DNA of 64,000 nt from an uncultured Gemmatimonadales bacterium. GTDB taxonomy: Bacteria > Gemmatimonadota > Gemmatimonadetes > Gemmatimonadales > GWC2-71-9. Made by a program: the position numbers and the translations under genes. The notes under the pieces were generated by a model that was given only the letters and a program-made list of their open reading frames with translations, ran no database searches and was not told the DNA's origin. How positions within the stretch are numbered: the first letter of the stretch is position 1; each line of letters opens with the position of its first letter. Shown here in pieces: positions 49,305 to 60,884 of the stretch. The stretch covers positions 384,001-448,000 of the forward strand of contig CAWCVB010000006.1 in the NCBI GenBank assembly GCA_963798915.1. Direction: 5' to 3'.

Positions 49305-52300
49305 CTAGGCCGGCGGGAGGGCCGTCGTTACGGTCACCGTGGTCCCCCGCCCCTCCTCGCTCGCAACGTCGATCGAACCACCCCATCCCTCCACCAGCCG
49401 TTTCACAATTGCCAGGCCCAGGCCTGAGCCGCTGGTGTTGGTCGAGAATCGCGGCTCGAAAATCCGGGCGGCGACCTCCGGCGACATGCCCGTGCCATCA
49501 TCCTCGACGGCGATTTGAAGCCCCTCGACATGCACGGTGACATGGCGGGCATCGGCTTCGCGGGCATTTTCCAGCAGATTGACCAGGACCTCGCGAGCCT
49601 CGTCGCGCCGGGCGCCGCCCCAGGCGGGCGGTGTCACCTGCAGCCGCACTTCAGTGCCGTCAGCGGTGAGCTGGTAGAGCTGGACGACGTCACGAGCCAC
49701 CGACTCGAGGTCCACGCGCTCCACCGGAATTTCGCTGCCCGCAGGCGCCGCGAATCGACTGAAGGCGCGGGCAATCGTGTCGAGTCGGTCAATTTCGGAG
49801 AGAATGCGCTCGGCAGTCTCCTCGAGGGTCCGGTCAAAATCGGGGCGGTGATCGGCGTGCACCCTCCGAAGGTGCTGCATGCCGAGGCGCATCGGGGTGA
49901 GCGGGTTCTTGATCTCATGGGCGACCTGCCGCGCCATCTCGCCCCACGCCAGCACCCGCTCGGCGCGAGACAGCTCAGTCACGTCGTTGAGCGCGACCAC
50001 CACACCATTGAGCTCGTTGCCCAGCGGAGCCATTTCGAGAGCAATCCGCCTCTCGCCAATCGTGAACTCACGAGCATCGCCCTCCGGCAGTGGAACCATG
50101 ACGTAGCGTTCGATTTCGGCGCGCACCTCAGCCCACTCCTCGGTCAGGCTTTCGGCGAGCGACGTCCCCTCCGTCAGGTCCGACTCCGTGAGGGAGCGGG
50201 CACGCGCATTCGCCATCATGATGCGCTCGTCAACGCCAATGGCGACCACACCGGTCGTGACGGTCGCGAGCACCGCCGCGGTGCGACGCCGAGCCTGCTC
50301 CAGCGCGGCCTGGCTCGCGTGGACATCGGCGGCCATGCGCTGGAAGGCCCCGAAAACCGGTTCAAATTCCACCGGTGGAGTGATCGAGGGCAATGGCACG
50401 GACTGGCCCTGGCCAAGTGCCAGCGCCGAGCGGCGCAGATCAGCCACGGGACGGGTCAGCGTCCGGGCAACCAGGCCGGCGCCGGCGATCGCGGCAGCGA
50501 TCCCGACTGACATGCCAAGCAGGAGCACGAGCGCCAGTTCGCGTTGCTGACGACCAGGATCGACATCGCCCCCGGCCTGGGGAGTGACCAGGACGCCCAG
50601 ACCGCTGGGAGGACCGAATTCAATCACCCGATAGCCGACCCGTTCGGCGAGCGATGGTATCAGGCCTGCCTGTGCGACCTCGAGATCGCCTCGAAGAGCC
50701 ATGGCCCTGAATGCGTCGGGATCCATGAGCGGACCCACAAGTCCGACGTCGCGCAGGATCGGCGCACTGGTGGCCACCAGCAAGCCGCCACGATAGAGTG
50801 CCAGGTCCGCATCCACCCGTTCACTGAGCCCACGCAACGAGGCATCGAGCGGCGCGCCCGGCGTCCGGAGGATCGAACCGGCGCCCTGCGCCGCATCTCG
50901 CAATGTCTGGCGGATCAGCAGGTCTCGCCCGCGCTCGGCTTCGCTCGAAAAGTGGGAAAATGCCCACAGGGAGAACGCGAGCGTTGGCAGCACGAAGAAG
51001 AGGGCCAGCGCCAGCACGACACGCAGACGGAACGAGTGCCCGATGCGCCGCCAGCCGAGGGTGACTCCCCAGCCGTCGTTGAGGCCCTCACTGGCACTCC
51101 AGATCAGGAACAGCAGCAGAATATCAAATACGGCGAGAAGCGCTCCTCGGACCAGTACAGGCGCCAGCCCCAGCAATTGCACACTGGCCTGCACCGCCCG
51201 CGGCCCGCCCGGCAAAGCCACCACCCGGCTGGAGCGAATAGTCCAGCCGCGCCGTGACCACGTGAGTGGACCGGACGACACGTGCTCTGCAGGCGACCCG
51301 AGCACCAGGCGATATGGCGCCGATCGTTCGGGCGATGGCGCCAGCAGGCGGCCGAGTCGGTCCTGGGCGATGAGGGCCGACCTGGGCCCGATCGCCACCG
51401 TGAGCGCCATGCCCGGTGCGTTGCGGATCGCGAGCACCTGATGCATCCCCGGGACAGCTGGAACCGCGCGGAGCTCCATCGCACCCAGGGTATCGGCAAG
51501 ACCGCGCGCCATGGCACTGACCAGGGCCTGCGGCACTGCCAGGGAGTCGAGCGGCAGTTCTGCGACGGCCTGCCGGCGGAGTCCCAGAGGGCAAGCTGTG
51601 CCGGGTAGCCGTCGGCGTGCAATGCCGACGCCTGCCACCGGGTGTACAGCTGCGCGGCGCTGGCTGGTGGGGACTCCGACATGATCCGCCGCGAGAAGCG
51701 CATCAGCAGTGGAGGAACGAAGGGATCGGCCTCGGCGCCCAGGCTGTCGATGTCGCGCTGTGCCAGGGCCATCCGACTCCGAACATCAGCGCGCCAGATG
51801 AGGAGCGACGCCAGCAGGCCCAGGACGGCGCCAGTCGAAGCGAGCGCGACCATGCGTGAGCGCGGAGTCATGCCAATGAGCAGCGGGAGCACAAACAGGA
51901 GCGGCAATGCGATCGACCAGTCCGCTGCGGGCGCCCAGCTCCACAGGGCAGCGACCGCGATCAACCCGCTGATGAGGACACCCGCGACCGCCGCCCAGCG
52001 GGCGTCGGTGCGACCAAGCAGCGACCGGGCCAGCACGGCGAGCGCTGCTGCGGCAACCACCAGGGCGCCCTGCCACACCAGCCAGAGGGCGATGCCGGGA
52101 CCAGTTGACGGCGGCGTGACTCGCTGCCCAAAGCGCCAGACCACGAGTACCGCGCCGATGGCGAGGAGCGCTGCCAGCATCCGAGGGAGCCAGCCGTTGC
52201 TGCGTGTCCGACGCCAGCTTTGCAACGCGAGCATGGTCACCAGCAGCCGGTGAGCGCCAGGGCCACCGGCGATGCCGACAGGGGGCCCAGGGCGGAATCA

Positions 52301-53294
52301 TAGAGTGTGGCCGGAGAGAAGAGCGCGCCGAGTCCGAGCAGCGCGTCGGCCGGCGCGCGCGCCGCAACCCAGAGCGGACCGATCAGCAGCAGGTAGCGGC
52401 TCACCGCCGTCCGGGTCACCGCAAGCGCCAGCACCATGACGAGCGCGACGAGCAGGAGCATCGATCGCCCGTTCCGGGTGAACACGCGCGAGCGCGCCTC
52501 GTCCTGCGTGGGGGGAATCGGTTGCACGCTGAACAGCAGCCGCGGACCGGCAGTGGTCGGCTCGGCGTAGTCGAAGATGTCGGGATTGTGCTCCGGTGCT
52601 TCGTTGGGCGGATAGACATGCAGCCCTACTTCAGTCTCGCGCCGGAATCGCTCGGCCACACTTCGCGATCGATCAGGCACCGCGGAGTCGGCCCAGATCA
52701 GCACGCTCGCGACGACCACCCGGCCGGCCGAGTGGCGGCGCGTCTCCAGAAGGACGTAATATCCACTGGTGCGGGCATCGATCGAGTCGCCCGCCGCTGC
52801 CGGAGCCAGCCGGTGCCGCCCGGCCCAGGCCCAGGCGCCCCGGTTGAGTCGAGGATGGCGACGCCCACCTCGGCACCGCTGGCGGGAACTGCGCGGGCGA
52901 GGGCCTCGAAGGCATGCTCCTGGCTCAGCTGGGCCGCCGCGACACCGCGATCGGCCAGGCGGGTGGCGGACCGGAGCGACGATCGAAGCTCGCCGCCGAC
53001 GCGAGCGCCATAGGCGGTGATGCGCTCCTCGCGCTGCGCCGGCCAGTCGTCGGCGATCTGCTTGAGATGCCAGGCGCTGTACGCCAGCTCGGCGCTCAGG
53101 AGCAGGACGAGCCCGCCGAGCACCACCGGCAGCACCCGCCGCTGGGCGACGCAAAGCCCCGCCGCAACCAGTGCGGCCCCAGCCGCGCAGGCTGCCCACG
53201 GCGTGGAGGGTGCATGCAGCCACTCGGCCGTCGCGATCACTGTGGCGACGACCATCACCAGCCACCATTGAGCCCGATGCCTCACGACCGACAT
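49305..53294 (-). CDS. Large multi-TM NtrY-like sensor histidine kinase, three frameshifts (~1330 aa if joined)
   Basis: Four consecutive coding segments joined near 52835, 52247 and 51568. HAMP, PAS-like region, AHEIKNPLTP, NLLENA, DDGTG, GSGLGL. Confidence 0.85.
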
Positions 53295-53990
53295 CCATGG
53301 CGCCTGAAGGAAATGACGCCCGGCACGCTCCACGAACGACTGGCCGAGCGGCCCGCGCTCATCGTGCCCGTGGGCACCACCGAGCAGCACGGACCACACC
53401 TTCCGCTGGGCTGCGATTCCCTGATTGTCGAACGCCTGGCAGATGATCTCTCCGCGCTTGCGGGGGTGCCGCGCACGCCCACGGTGGAATACGGCGTGCA
53501 TGCGCCGATCCCAACGTTTCCTGGGGGAGCCTCGCTCTCCCGGAAGACTCTGCACCGGGTCATGAACGAACTTATCGCGTCCTGGGAGCTGGGGGCAGGC
53601 GTCAAGGAGTTTCTCATCCTCACGGCACAGGCCAATGATGCCCATCAGGAGGCGCTCAGCACGATTCGCACCGACTCGGCGCGGGTGCTGGCGGTGGACA
53701 TCTTCGACCTGGATTTCGGTGACCGCCTCGAACGGCCTGAGGATCCCGTCCAAGGTGGCGAATTGGACACCTCGCTCCTGCTCTTCATCGCACCCGACCT
53801 GGTCAGGATGGACGTGGCGCAGGACTATGTGCTGCCCACCAATGGCGACTACCGGCCCGGCACGACCAGGCGGGCCCCGGCAGGGTTTCCCGGCTCAGTT
53901 GGATTTCCCAGTCTCGCGACGGCCCAGAAAGGCGAACGGCTGTATACATTCATTCTTGAGCAGGTACAACGCTGTCTGAACGCCTGCTAA
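53277..53990 (+). CDS. Creatininase-family protein (alternative start 53313)
   Basis: VPVGTTEQHGPHLPLGCD, FPG, TSLLLFIAPDLVRMD, ATAQKG. Confidence 0.88.
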   Translation: MPHDRHPWRLKEMTPGTLHERLAERPALIVPVGTTEQHGPHLPLGCDSLIVERLADDLSALAGVPRTPTVEYGVHAPIPTFPGGASLSRKTLHRVMNELIASWELGAGVKEFLILTAQANDAHQEALSTIRTDSARVLAVDIFDLDFGDRLERPEDPVQGGELDTSLLLFIAPDLVRMDVAQDYVLPTNGDYRPGTTRRAPAGFPGSVGFPSLATAQKGERLYTFILEQVQRCLNAC

Positions 53991-54019
53991 GGCGCCCGAG
54001 CTTTCGCGGAGAGGTCCGG

Positions 54020-54659
54020 ATGCGAACTCTTGCAGTCGTCATGTTGACCATCGCCGTTCCGGTATCGATGCAGGCCCAGCAGAATGCGTCGCTGACCTAT
54101 GCCATTTCCCGGGATGGTGCCACTATCGGGGAAGAAGTCACCTCCCTGACTGCTGGCGATGCCCGGAATCCGGGCGGCAGCACCCTCGTGATCCGGGCGC
54201 ACTACCCGGGTTCGCCCCGCGACTCAGCGATCGAGGCCATGCTGCAGCGCGACCGCGATCATCAGCTGATTCTCTTTCAGCTGGACCTGCATGAGGAGAC
54301 GGGCGGCACCACCATCCTTGCCGCCGGATCCGGTGCCAGAGTGCTGCTCCGCACTGACACGCCTGGAAGTCGGGCCGTTCGAGAAGTTCCGGCTGGCGAG
54401 AATGTGGTGCTGCTCGATGATCATGTCCTGGGGCTGTACCAGGCGGTTGCCGACCTGGCGACGTCGGCCGGCGCCTCGCATCATCGGGATCTATCCGAGA
54501 ACCGGCCGGAGGGTGCAGTTTCAGGCGCGGCTTGGCGACGCGGACCACGGCCGGCGCATCACCCTGTCGGGCCAACTGACCGGAACCCTGCTCGTCGACA
54601 CCGAGGGACGGATGACCCGGGCCGAATTTCCGTCCGGACTGGTCGCCTCCGTCCGCTGA
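54020..54659 (+). CDS. Secreted hypothetical protein, frameshift near 54476
   Basis: GAGG RBS, signal peptide. Coding-like sequence continues in the next frame (RIIGIYPRTG...SVR stop). Confidence 0.65.
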
Positions 54660-54778
54660 CCATCGCCACCCAACCGCTTGTGGGAACATGAGAAGGGCCG
54701 GCATCGTCGCAAGCTGAAACTTGCGAAACCCTGGCTCCGTAAGAGCGTCTGTACCGACACCTGAACGAGGACTCGTAC

Positions 54779-56293
54779 ATGCAGCGATTCAACGCCCTCC
54801 TGGTCATCGCCCTGGCTCTCCCGGCAGCGCTTCGCGCGCAGGACAGCACCCAGGCGGCACCCATCCGGGCGACTCTCACTCTGAGTGAGGCCTTGTCGCA
54901 GGCCCGAGCCAACAGCCCCGAGTATCGTCAGGTGCTCAACGACGCCGGGCCGGCGCGCTGGGCGGTTCGCAATGCCTATTCCAGCCTGTTCCTCCCCAGT
55001 GCCAGTGCGAGCCTCGGTCTGGGCTACACCGGCGCGGGCAGTTCACCGTTTGGCGGCCGCGAGTTTGTCCAGACCTCGCCCAGCTACAACTCCAATTACG
55101 GCATTGACCTCGGCTGGCGGCTTGACGGCCAGACGCTGACGGCGCCTGGAAGGGCCAAGGCAAACCAGCGCGCCACATCCGAGCAGATCGCGGCCGGCGC
55201 AGTGCGGCTCAAGGCTGATGTCACGACGCAGTACCTGAGTGCATTGCAGGCGGTGGCGCAAGTAGAGGTTGCGCAACAACAGGTCAGACGCAACGACGAC
55301 TTCCTGAAGCTGGCTCAGGCGCGGTACCAGGTGGGGCAGACCACGCTTCTGGACGTCAGGCAGGCGGAGGTCACCAAGGGCACGTCCGAGGTGGCGCTGC
55401 TTCGTGCCGAGCAGACGTCCAACGATGCCAAGCTCGAGCTTTTCAGGTTGATCGGTATCGAGCCACCCGTTCCAGTCGATCAGGTCGCGCTACCAGACAG
55501 TTTTCCGGTGATGGAGCCACAATTTGAGCTCCCAGCCCTCTTGCAGGCAGCGGAGCAGCAGAATCCCTCCTTGCGTGCCCTGCGTGCGCAGGAGGATGCC
55601 GCGGGCTCAAGCGTGACCGCCGCCAAGTCGCAGTATCTGCCCACGCTGAACGTCAGCGCCGACTGGAATGGCTTCACCCAGGAATTCTCCAATGAAAGTC
55701 TGCTCCTCAGTCAGCAGCTCTCCGGAGCTCAGGCGGGCTACTCCTCCTGCCTGGAGAACAATCAGATCCGGACGAACGCCGGCCTGATGCCCAATGACTG
55801 TCTGGCGGTCAATGGCTTGCAGGATCAGAGCACGCTCGATCCGGCCGTGGTTTCGGCGTTCCACGAGCGTAACAACGTGTTCCCTTTCAACTTCTCGCGG
55901 CAGCCCTTCACTGCCCGGCTGAGTCTCTCACTTCCCATTTTCAATGGGTTTGCGCGCGAGCTGGATGTCGCCCAGGCACAGAGCCAGCGAGAGGATGCTC
56001 AGGAGCAGGTGCGCGCCAGCCGCCTCCTGGTGAGGAAGACGGTACAGAGCGACTATCTCGCCGTGCAAACCGCCTTCAAGTCCATCGCCGTGCAGGAGGC
56101 CGCCCGCAACGCGGCGCGCGACCAGCTGCGTCTGGCGCAGGACCGCTATCGCCTGGGCAGTGGCACCGCGCTGGAACTCTCAGACGCGCAGAACGCCGTG
56201 CAGACGGCCGAGGGCGCGTACGTGAATGCCATTTACGGATACCATATTGCCGTCGCCGCGCTGGAAGCGGCGGTCGGCCGTCCCCTTCGCTAA
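54779..56293 (+). CDS. TolC-family outer membrane efflux protein
   Basis: Signal peptide, LTLSEAL, ARYQVG, YLPTLN, LSLPIFNG, RYRLG. Confidence 0.92.
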   Translation: MQRFNALLVIALALPAALRAQDSTQAAPIRATLTLSEALSQARANSPEYRQVLNDAGPARWAVRNAYSSLFLPSASASLGLGYTGAGSSPFGGREFVQTSPSYNSNYGIDLGWRLDGQTLTAPGRAKANQRATSEQIAAGAVRLKADVTTQYLSALQAVAQVEVAQQQVRRNDDFLKLAQARYQVGQTTLLDVRQAEVTKGTSEVALLRAEQTSNDAKLELFRLIGIEPPVPVDQVALPDSFPVMEPQFELPALLQAAEQQNPSLRALRAQEDAAGSSVTAAKSQYLPTLNVSADWNGFTQEFSNESLLLSQQLSGAQAGYSSCLENNQIRTNAGLMPNDCLAVNGLQDQSTLDPAVVSAFHERNNVFPFNFSRQPFTARLSLSLPIFNGFARELDVAQAQSQREDAQEQVRASRLLVRKTVQSDYLAVQTAFKSIAVQEAARNAARDQLRLAQDRYRLGSGTALELSDAQNAVQTAEGAYVNAIYGYHIAVAALEAAVGRPLR

Positions 56294-56305
56294 CAAGGAC
56301 GACTC

Positions 56306-57601
56306 ATGTCGCGTGGGAAGAAGGTCGGGATCTTCGCAGCCGCCGCCGTTGTGCTCATCGTCGCGCTGGTCATGATGGGCCGGGCCCGGAAGAAGAACGC
56401 CGGCACGGAGGTGCGCTTGGAGAAGGCGAGCCGCCGCAGTCTCGTGTCGGCTGTCACGGCGAGTGGCAAGATCGACGCCAAGACCTCGGTGGACATCAGC
56501 GCCGATATTACCGGGCGCATCACCAAGATCGGCGTCAAGGAGGGCGACCTGGTCAAGCAGGGCCAATTCCTCCTGCAGATCGATCCGACGCAGTATCAGG
56601 CCGCCGTGGCCCGGTCGCAGGGGCTGGTGGCCTCATCCCAGGCCGCCACCATCCAGGCGAAAGCAACCCGTGATCAGGCCGAGCGGGCGCTGAGCCGGGC
56701 CACCCAGCTGTCCAAGTCGGGCTCGAACCTCATCGCGCCGGAGGCGGTGGAGCAGGCGCAGACAGCATTCGACGTCGCGGTCGCCAATTTCAACGCCAGC
56801 AGGGCCCAGCTGGATCAGTCCCGGGCGTCGCTCCGCGAAGCCGAAGACCAGCTCTCCAAGACGCGGCTGGTGGCCCCCATGGACGGTCGGGTTGTCCGGG
56901 TGGCCAAGGAAGTGGGCGAAGTCGCAGTACCCAGCACCTTCTCCAGCGCGGAAGGCCTGCTGGTGACCGTGGCCGATCTCAGCGTGATCCTGGCGACGGT
57001 ACAAGTGGACGAAACCGATGTGGTGCGGCTGGCGCTGGGCGATTCGGTACAGATCACCATCGACGCCTTCCCCGACACGACCTTCGTCGGCAGGGTCACC
57101 AAGGTCAGCAACAGCGCGGTGCTGAGCGCCACCCAGACTTCTTCCGGCTCGCAGGACCGGGCGGTGGACTTCGAAGTCGAGGTGACGCTGGATGATCCGC
57201 CGCAGGACGTGCGCCCCGATCTCAGTTGCACTGCCCGCATCGTCACCGCGACCCGCACCAATGTGGTCAGCGTGCCGATCATTGCCCTCACAGTCCGGGA
57301 TAACGAGCCGGTACCCAACGAGGAAGCGGGCAAGCAGAAGGCCGCCGCGCCGCCCCGGCCGGATACCGCTGGTGCTGCGAAGAAGAAGGACACCGAAGGC
57401 GTCTTTGTCGTCCAGGAGGGCGTTGCGCACTTCCGGCCGGTCAAGGTCGGCATCACCGGGGACGAATACTTCGAGATCACGAACGGGCTCCGAGACGGCG
57501 AAACCATCGTCGCCGGCACCTACCAGGCGATCCGCGACCTCAAGGACGGTGACAAGGTCAAGGCCACCCAGGCGCCGGAGATGAAGGGAGCGAAGAGCTG
57601 A
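56306..57601 (+). CDS. MacA-like periplasmic adaptor
   Basis: TM anchor, [11 protein letters not shown] lipoyl half, helical hairpin, APMDG, VDETD. Confidence 0.92.
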   Translation: MSRGKKVGIFAAAAVVLIVALVMMGRARKKNAGTEVRLEKASRRSLVSAVTASGKIDAKTSVDISADITGRITKIGVKEGDLVKQGQFLLQIDPTQYQAAVARSQGLVASSQAATIQAKATRDQAERALSRATQLSKSGSNLIAPEAVEQAQTAFDVAVANFNASRAQLDQSRASLREAEDQLSKTRLVAPMDGRVVRVAKEVGEVAVPSTFSSAEGLLVTVADLSVILATVQVDETDVVRLALGDSVQITIDAFPDTTFVGRVTKVSNSAVLSATQTSSGSQDRAVDFEVEVTLDDPPQDVRPDLSCTARIVTATRTNVVSVPIIALTVRDNEPVPNEEAGKQKAAAPPRPDTAGAAKKKDTEGVFVVQEGVAHFRPVKVGITGDEYFEITNGLRDGETIVAGTYQAIRDLKDGDKVKATQAPEMKGAKS

Positions 57602-58302
57602 TGAATCCGGATGTGCTGCGGGTGGTGGGCCTCGAGCGCCGCTATGACATGGGGGGAGAAGTGGTGCATGCTCTGCGCGGCGTCACGGTCACCATCCGCC
57701 GCAACGAGTACGTGGCGATCATGGGTCCCTCCGGCTCGGGCAAGTCCACCATGATGAACATCCTCGGTTGCCTCGACACGCCCGATGCCGGCGAGTACTG
57801 GCTGAATGACCAGGAGGTCTCTCGCCTCGACGATGACGCGCTGGCCCGGGTGCGCAACCGGGAGATCGGGTTCGTGTTCCAGACCTTCAACCTGCTGCCG
57901 CGCGCCTCGGCGCTGCACAACGTGGAACTGCCGCTGATTTACGCTGGACTCTCGTCGGCCGACCGGCGCAGCCGCGCCGAAGCGGCGCTCAGCCGGGTGG
58001 GACTGGCGGACCGGATGCACCACCGGCCCAACGAGCTGTCGGGTGGCCAGCGCCAGCGGGTGGCGATTGCGCGTGCCCTGGTCAACCGTCCCAGCATCCT
58101 GCTGGCTGATGAGCCCACCGGGAACCTGGACAGCACCACCAGTGAAGAGATCATGGCGGTCTTCGAGGAATTGCACGCCGAAGGCCAGACCGTTGTCATG
58201 GTGACCCACGAACCTGACATCGCGGCGCACGCGGAGCGCGTCATCACCCTGCGTGACGGCATCGTCGAATCGGACCGCCGGCCCCGGGAAAGCGCGGCCT
58301 GA
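57601..58302 (+). CDS. ABC ATPase (MacB/LolD type)
   Basis: [29 protein letters not shown]. Confidence 0.96.
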   Translation: MNPDVLRVVGLERRYDMGGEVVHALRGVTVTIRRNEYVAIMGPSGSGKSTMMNILGCLDTPDAGEYWLNDQEVSRLDDDALARVRNREIGFVFQTFNLLPRASALHNVELPLIYAGLSSADRRSRAEAALSRVGLADRMHHRPNELSGGQRQRVAIARALVNRPSILLADEPTGNLDSTTSEEIMAVFEELHAEGQTVVMVTHEPDIAAHAERVITLRDGIVESDRRPRESAA

Positions 58303-58303
58303 G

Positions 58304-59545
58304 ATGCCGCTGCTTGAAGCGGTCCGCATGGCGCTCCGCGCCATCTGGGCGCAGAAGCTCAAGAGCTTCTTTTCGCTGATCGGTGTCCTGATCGGCGTCA
58401 CCTTCCTGATCGCGGTCGTCTCCATCGTCCAGGGCATGAACGTGTACATGGAGGAGCAGTTCGCCGACAAGCTGGTCGGCATCAACACCTTCCAGCTGCG
58501 CCAGCGTCCCGGCATCGTGATGGAAAACCTGGACGAGGAAGTCTGGCGCGCCTGGCAGCGCCGGCCGCGGATTACCTACGCCGATGCGCGATACATCCGT
58601 GACCGGCTGCCGGCCTCGATCCAAACCTCCATGTACTGCGCCGACAATGTCGACATCAGTTACAACGGCAAGCAGGCCAAGGGCATCCAGTTGGTTGGCG
58701 TGGAGGATACCTACTTCCGCATCAAGAACTACGAAATCGGGGCAGGCCGCGCGTTCAGTGCACAGGAAGTCCGCGCGGGAACACCGGTGGTGGTGATCGG
58801 CTCCCTGGTCGGGGAAAAGCTGTTTGCCGGGGCAGATCCAGTGGACAAGAGCGTGGCGATCGCGGGATTGCCCTACCGGGTCATCGGCGTCGTCAAGGAA
58901 CAGGGGACGCTGTTCGGCATCTCCCTCGACAAGTTTGCCATCATGCCGTATTCGGCGCCGGCTCGCCGCTGGATCTGCCCTCACAACGTGCTGGACGAGG
59001 TGGAGATCAAGGCGGACAATCCCGCTGCCATGCAGGCGGCCATGGGCCAGGTCGAGGGGCTGATGCGGGCCCGGCGGCACCTGAAGCCACGGGAAGAAAA
59101 CAATTTTGCACTCCAGACTGCCGAGGGCGCCCTCGCAGGGTGGAAGAAAATCTCCAGGATCCTGATGATGGCGCTGCCGGGCCTGGTGGCCATTTCCCTG
59201 GTGGTGGGCGGCATCGTCATCATGAACATCATGCTGATGGCGGTCAGCGAGCGGACCCGCGAAATCGGCATCCGTAAGGCGCTCGGAGCCAAGCGCAGCG
59301 ACATCCTGGCCCAGTTCGTGGTCGAGAGCGCCACGATTTCCCTGGTAGGCGCGGCGCTGGGCATCGGCCTGGGGATCACGCTCGCGATCATCGTCCGGGC
59401 CCTCACCTTCCTGCCAGCGGCCATTGCGCCCTGGTCGGTTGGCGTGGGCGTGGCGCTCGGCGTTTCGGTCGGCCTCGTGGCCGGGGTCTACCCTGCCACG
59501 CGCGCGGCCCGCCTGGATCCGATCCAGGCCCTGCGGTCAGAATAG
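58304..59545 (+). CDS. MacB/FtsX-type ABC permease (type A)
   Basis: IMNIMLMAVSERTREIGIRKALGA, LDPIQALRSE. Confidence 0.94.
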   Translation: MPLLEAVRMALRAIWAQKLKSFFSLIGVLIGVTFLIAVVSIVQGMNVYMEEQFADKLVGINTFQLRQRPGIVMENLDEEVWRAWQRRPRITYADARYIRDRLPASIQTSMYCADNVDISYNGKQAKGIQLVGVEDTYFRIKNYEIGAGRAFSAQEVRAGTPVVVIGSLVGEKLFAGADPVDKSVAIAGLPYRVIGVVKEQGTLFGISLDKFAIMPYSAPARRWICPHNVLDEVEIKADNPAAMQAAMGQVEGLMRARRHLKPREENNFALQTAEGALAGWKKISRILMMALPGLVAISLVVGGIVIMNIMLMAVSERTREIGIRKALGAKRSDILAQFVVESATISLVGAALGIGLGITLAIIVRALTFLPAAIAPWSVGVGVALGVSVGLVAGVYPATRAARLDPIQALRSE

Positions 59546-59554
59546 GAGAGGCCG

Positions 59555-60796
59555 ATGCACATCTCCCGGGCGTTCGAAGGCGTCGGCATTGCGCTCGACT
59601 CGATTCGCGCCAACAAGGTACGCGCCTTCCTGACCATCCTGGGCGTCGCCATCGGCGTCATGGTGGTGATCGCGATGGCCTCCGCCATCACCGGGATCAA
59701 CCGCGGTGTGCAGAAGGAGCTGGAGAGCCTCGGCCCCAAGACGTTCTTCGTCCAGCGGTATTTCCAGGGCGGGCTCAACATCAGCGACGGCTCCGATGAG
59801 CTCTCGCCCTGGCGGAAGATGCCATGGATCACGGTGGACGAGGCGAAGATGGTCGCCCGGCTTCCGGCGGTGAAGTACGTGGTGTGGAACGAGAACGCCA
59901 GTGGCCCAGTGTCGTATGAGGATACGCATCTCAAGAGTTCCAATATCCGGGGTAACAGCCCCAACTGGATCTATACCTCCGGGGCCACGATCACCGAAGG
60001 GCGGAACTACACGGAGGTGGAGGCTGCATCCAACGCCCATGTCGTGGTCATCAATGACAAGATGGCGGACATGCTCTTCGGGGACCGGGATCCGCTTGAA
60101 CGCCAGATCAAGGTGTACGGCATTCCCTTCACCGTGCTTGGCGTCTACGTGGATGCGGCCGGCCTCTTCAGCGGCACGCCCTCGCCGGTGCTTTCCATGC
60201 CGCACTCCACGTTCACCAAGGTGGCGGACTACTGGAAGGGCTGGATGGATATCGCCGTGACACCGAAGGACGCATACTCGGTCGCCGATGCCCAGGACCA
60301 GGTGACTGCCGCCATGCGAGTGCGCCGGGGGCTTCGGCCCGACCAGGAGAACAACTTTGCGGTCGTGAGTCAGGACCGGCTTCTCCAGTCGTTCAACAGT
60401 GTCACCCAGGGATTCTTCCTGGTCATGCTGGCCCTGTCGAGCGTGGGACTCATGGTCGGCGGCGTCGGGGTGGTGGCCATCATGATGATCTCGGTGACCG
60501 AGCGGACCCGCGAGATCGGCGTCCGGAAGGCGCTTGGTGCGACGCGGCGCGAGATCATGTTCCAGTTCCTGGTCGAGGCGGCGACGCTCACCCTGGTGGG
60601 CGGCGCCTGCGGACTGGCGCTCGGTGCGATGATTTCCTTTGGCATCCGGGCCTGGACGCCGGTCCCGGCGGCCATTCCACTCTGGTCCGTCGTCGTTGCG
60701 GTGGCCGCTTCCATGGTGACCGGCATCTTCTTCGGGCTCTATCCCGCCAGCAAGGCGAGCCGGCTCGATCCAGTGGAGGCGTTGCGGTACGAATAG
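59555..60796 (+). CDS. MacB/FtsX-type ABC permease (type B)
   Basis: SVTERTREIGVRKALGA, LDPVEALRYE. Confidence 0.94.
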   Translation: MHISRAFEGVGIALDSIRANKVRAFLTILGVAIGVMVVIAMASAITGINRGVQKELESLGPKTFFVQRYFQGGLNISDGSDELSPWRKMPWITVDEAKMVARLPAVKYVVWNENASGPVSYEDTHLKSSNIRGNSPNWIYTSGATITEGRNYTEVEAASNAHVVVINDKMADMLFGDRDPLERQIKVYGIPFTVLGVYVDAAGLFSGTPSPVLSMPHSTFTKVADYWKGWMDIAVTPKDAYSVADAQDQVTAAMRVRRGLRPDQENNFAVVSQDRLLQSFNSVTQGFFLVMLALSSVGLMVGGVGVVAIMMISVTERTREIGVRKALGATRREIMFQFLVEAATLTLVGGACGLALGAMISFGIRAWTPVPAAIPLWSVVVAVAASMVTGIFFGLYPASKASRLDPVEALRYE

Positions 60797-60874
60797 ACGG
60801 CGAGACGGCAAGACGGCAAGACGGCAAGACGGCGAGGAAGCAGCCGCCTAGCCAACCTGCCAACTCGCCGTCTA
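60794..60874. repeat. Inverted octamer tandem-repeat element 1
   Basis: 5x NAGACGGC (60794-60833) and 4 degenerate reverse-complement units (60843-60874). Outer 11 bp are a perfect inverted repeat. Confidence 0.85.
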
Positions 60875-60884
60875 GTTTCCAGCC

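Noticed and set aside
51560..54480. Programmed frameshifting at the four clustered junctions
   Set aside because: No slippery heptamers or long homopolymers, so indel error is simpler
59537..60811. 424-aa minus-strand ORF
   Set aside because: Antisense shadow of permease B
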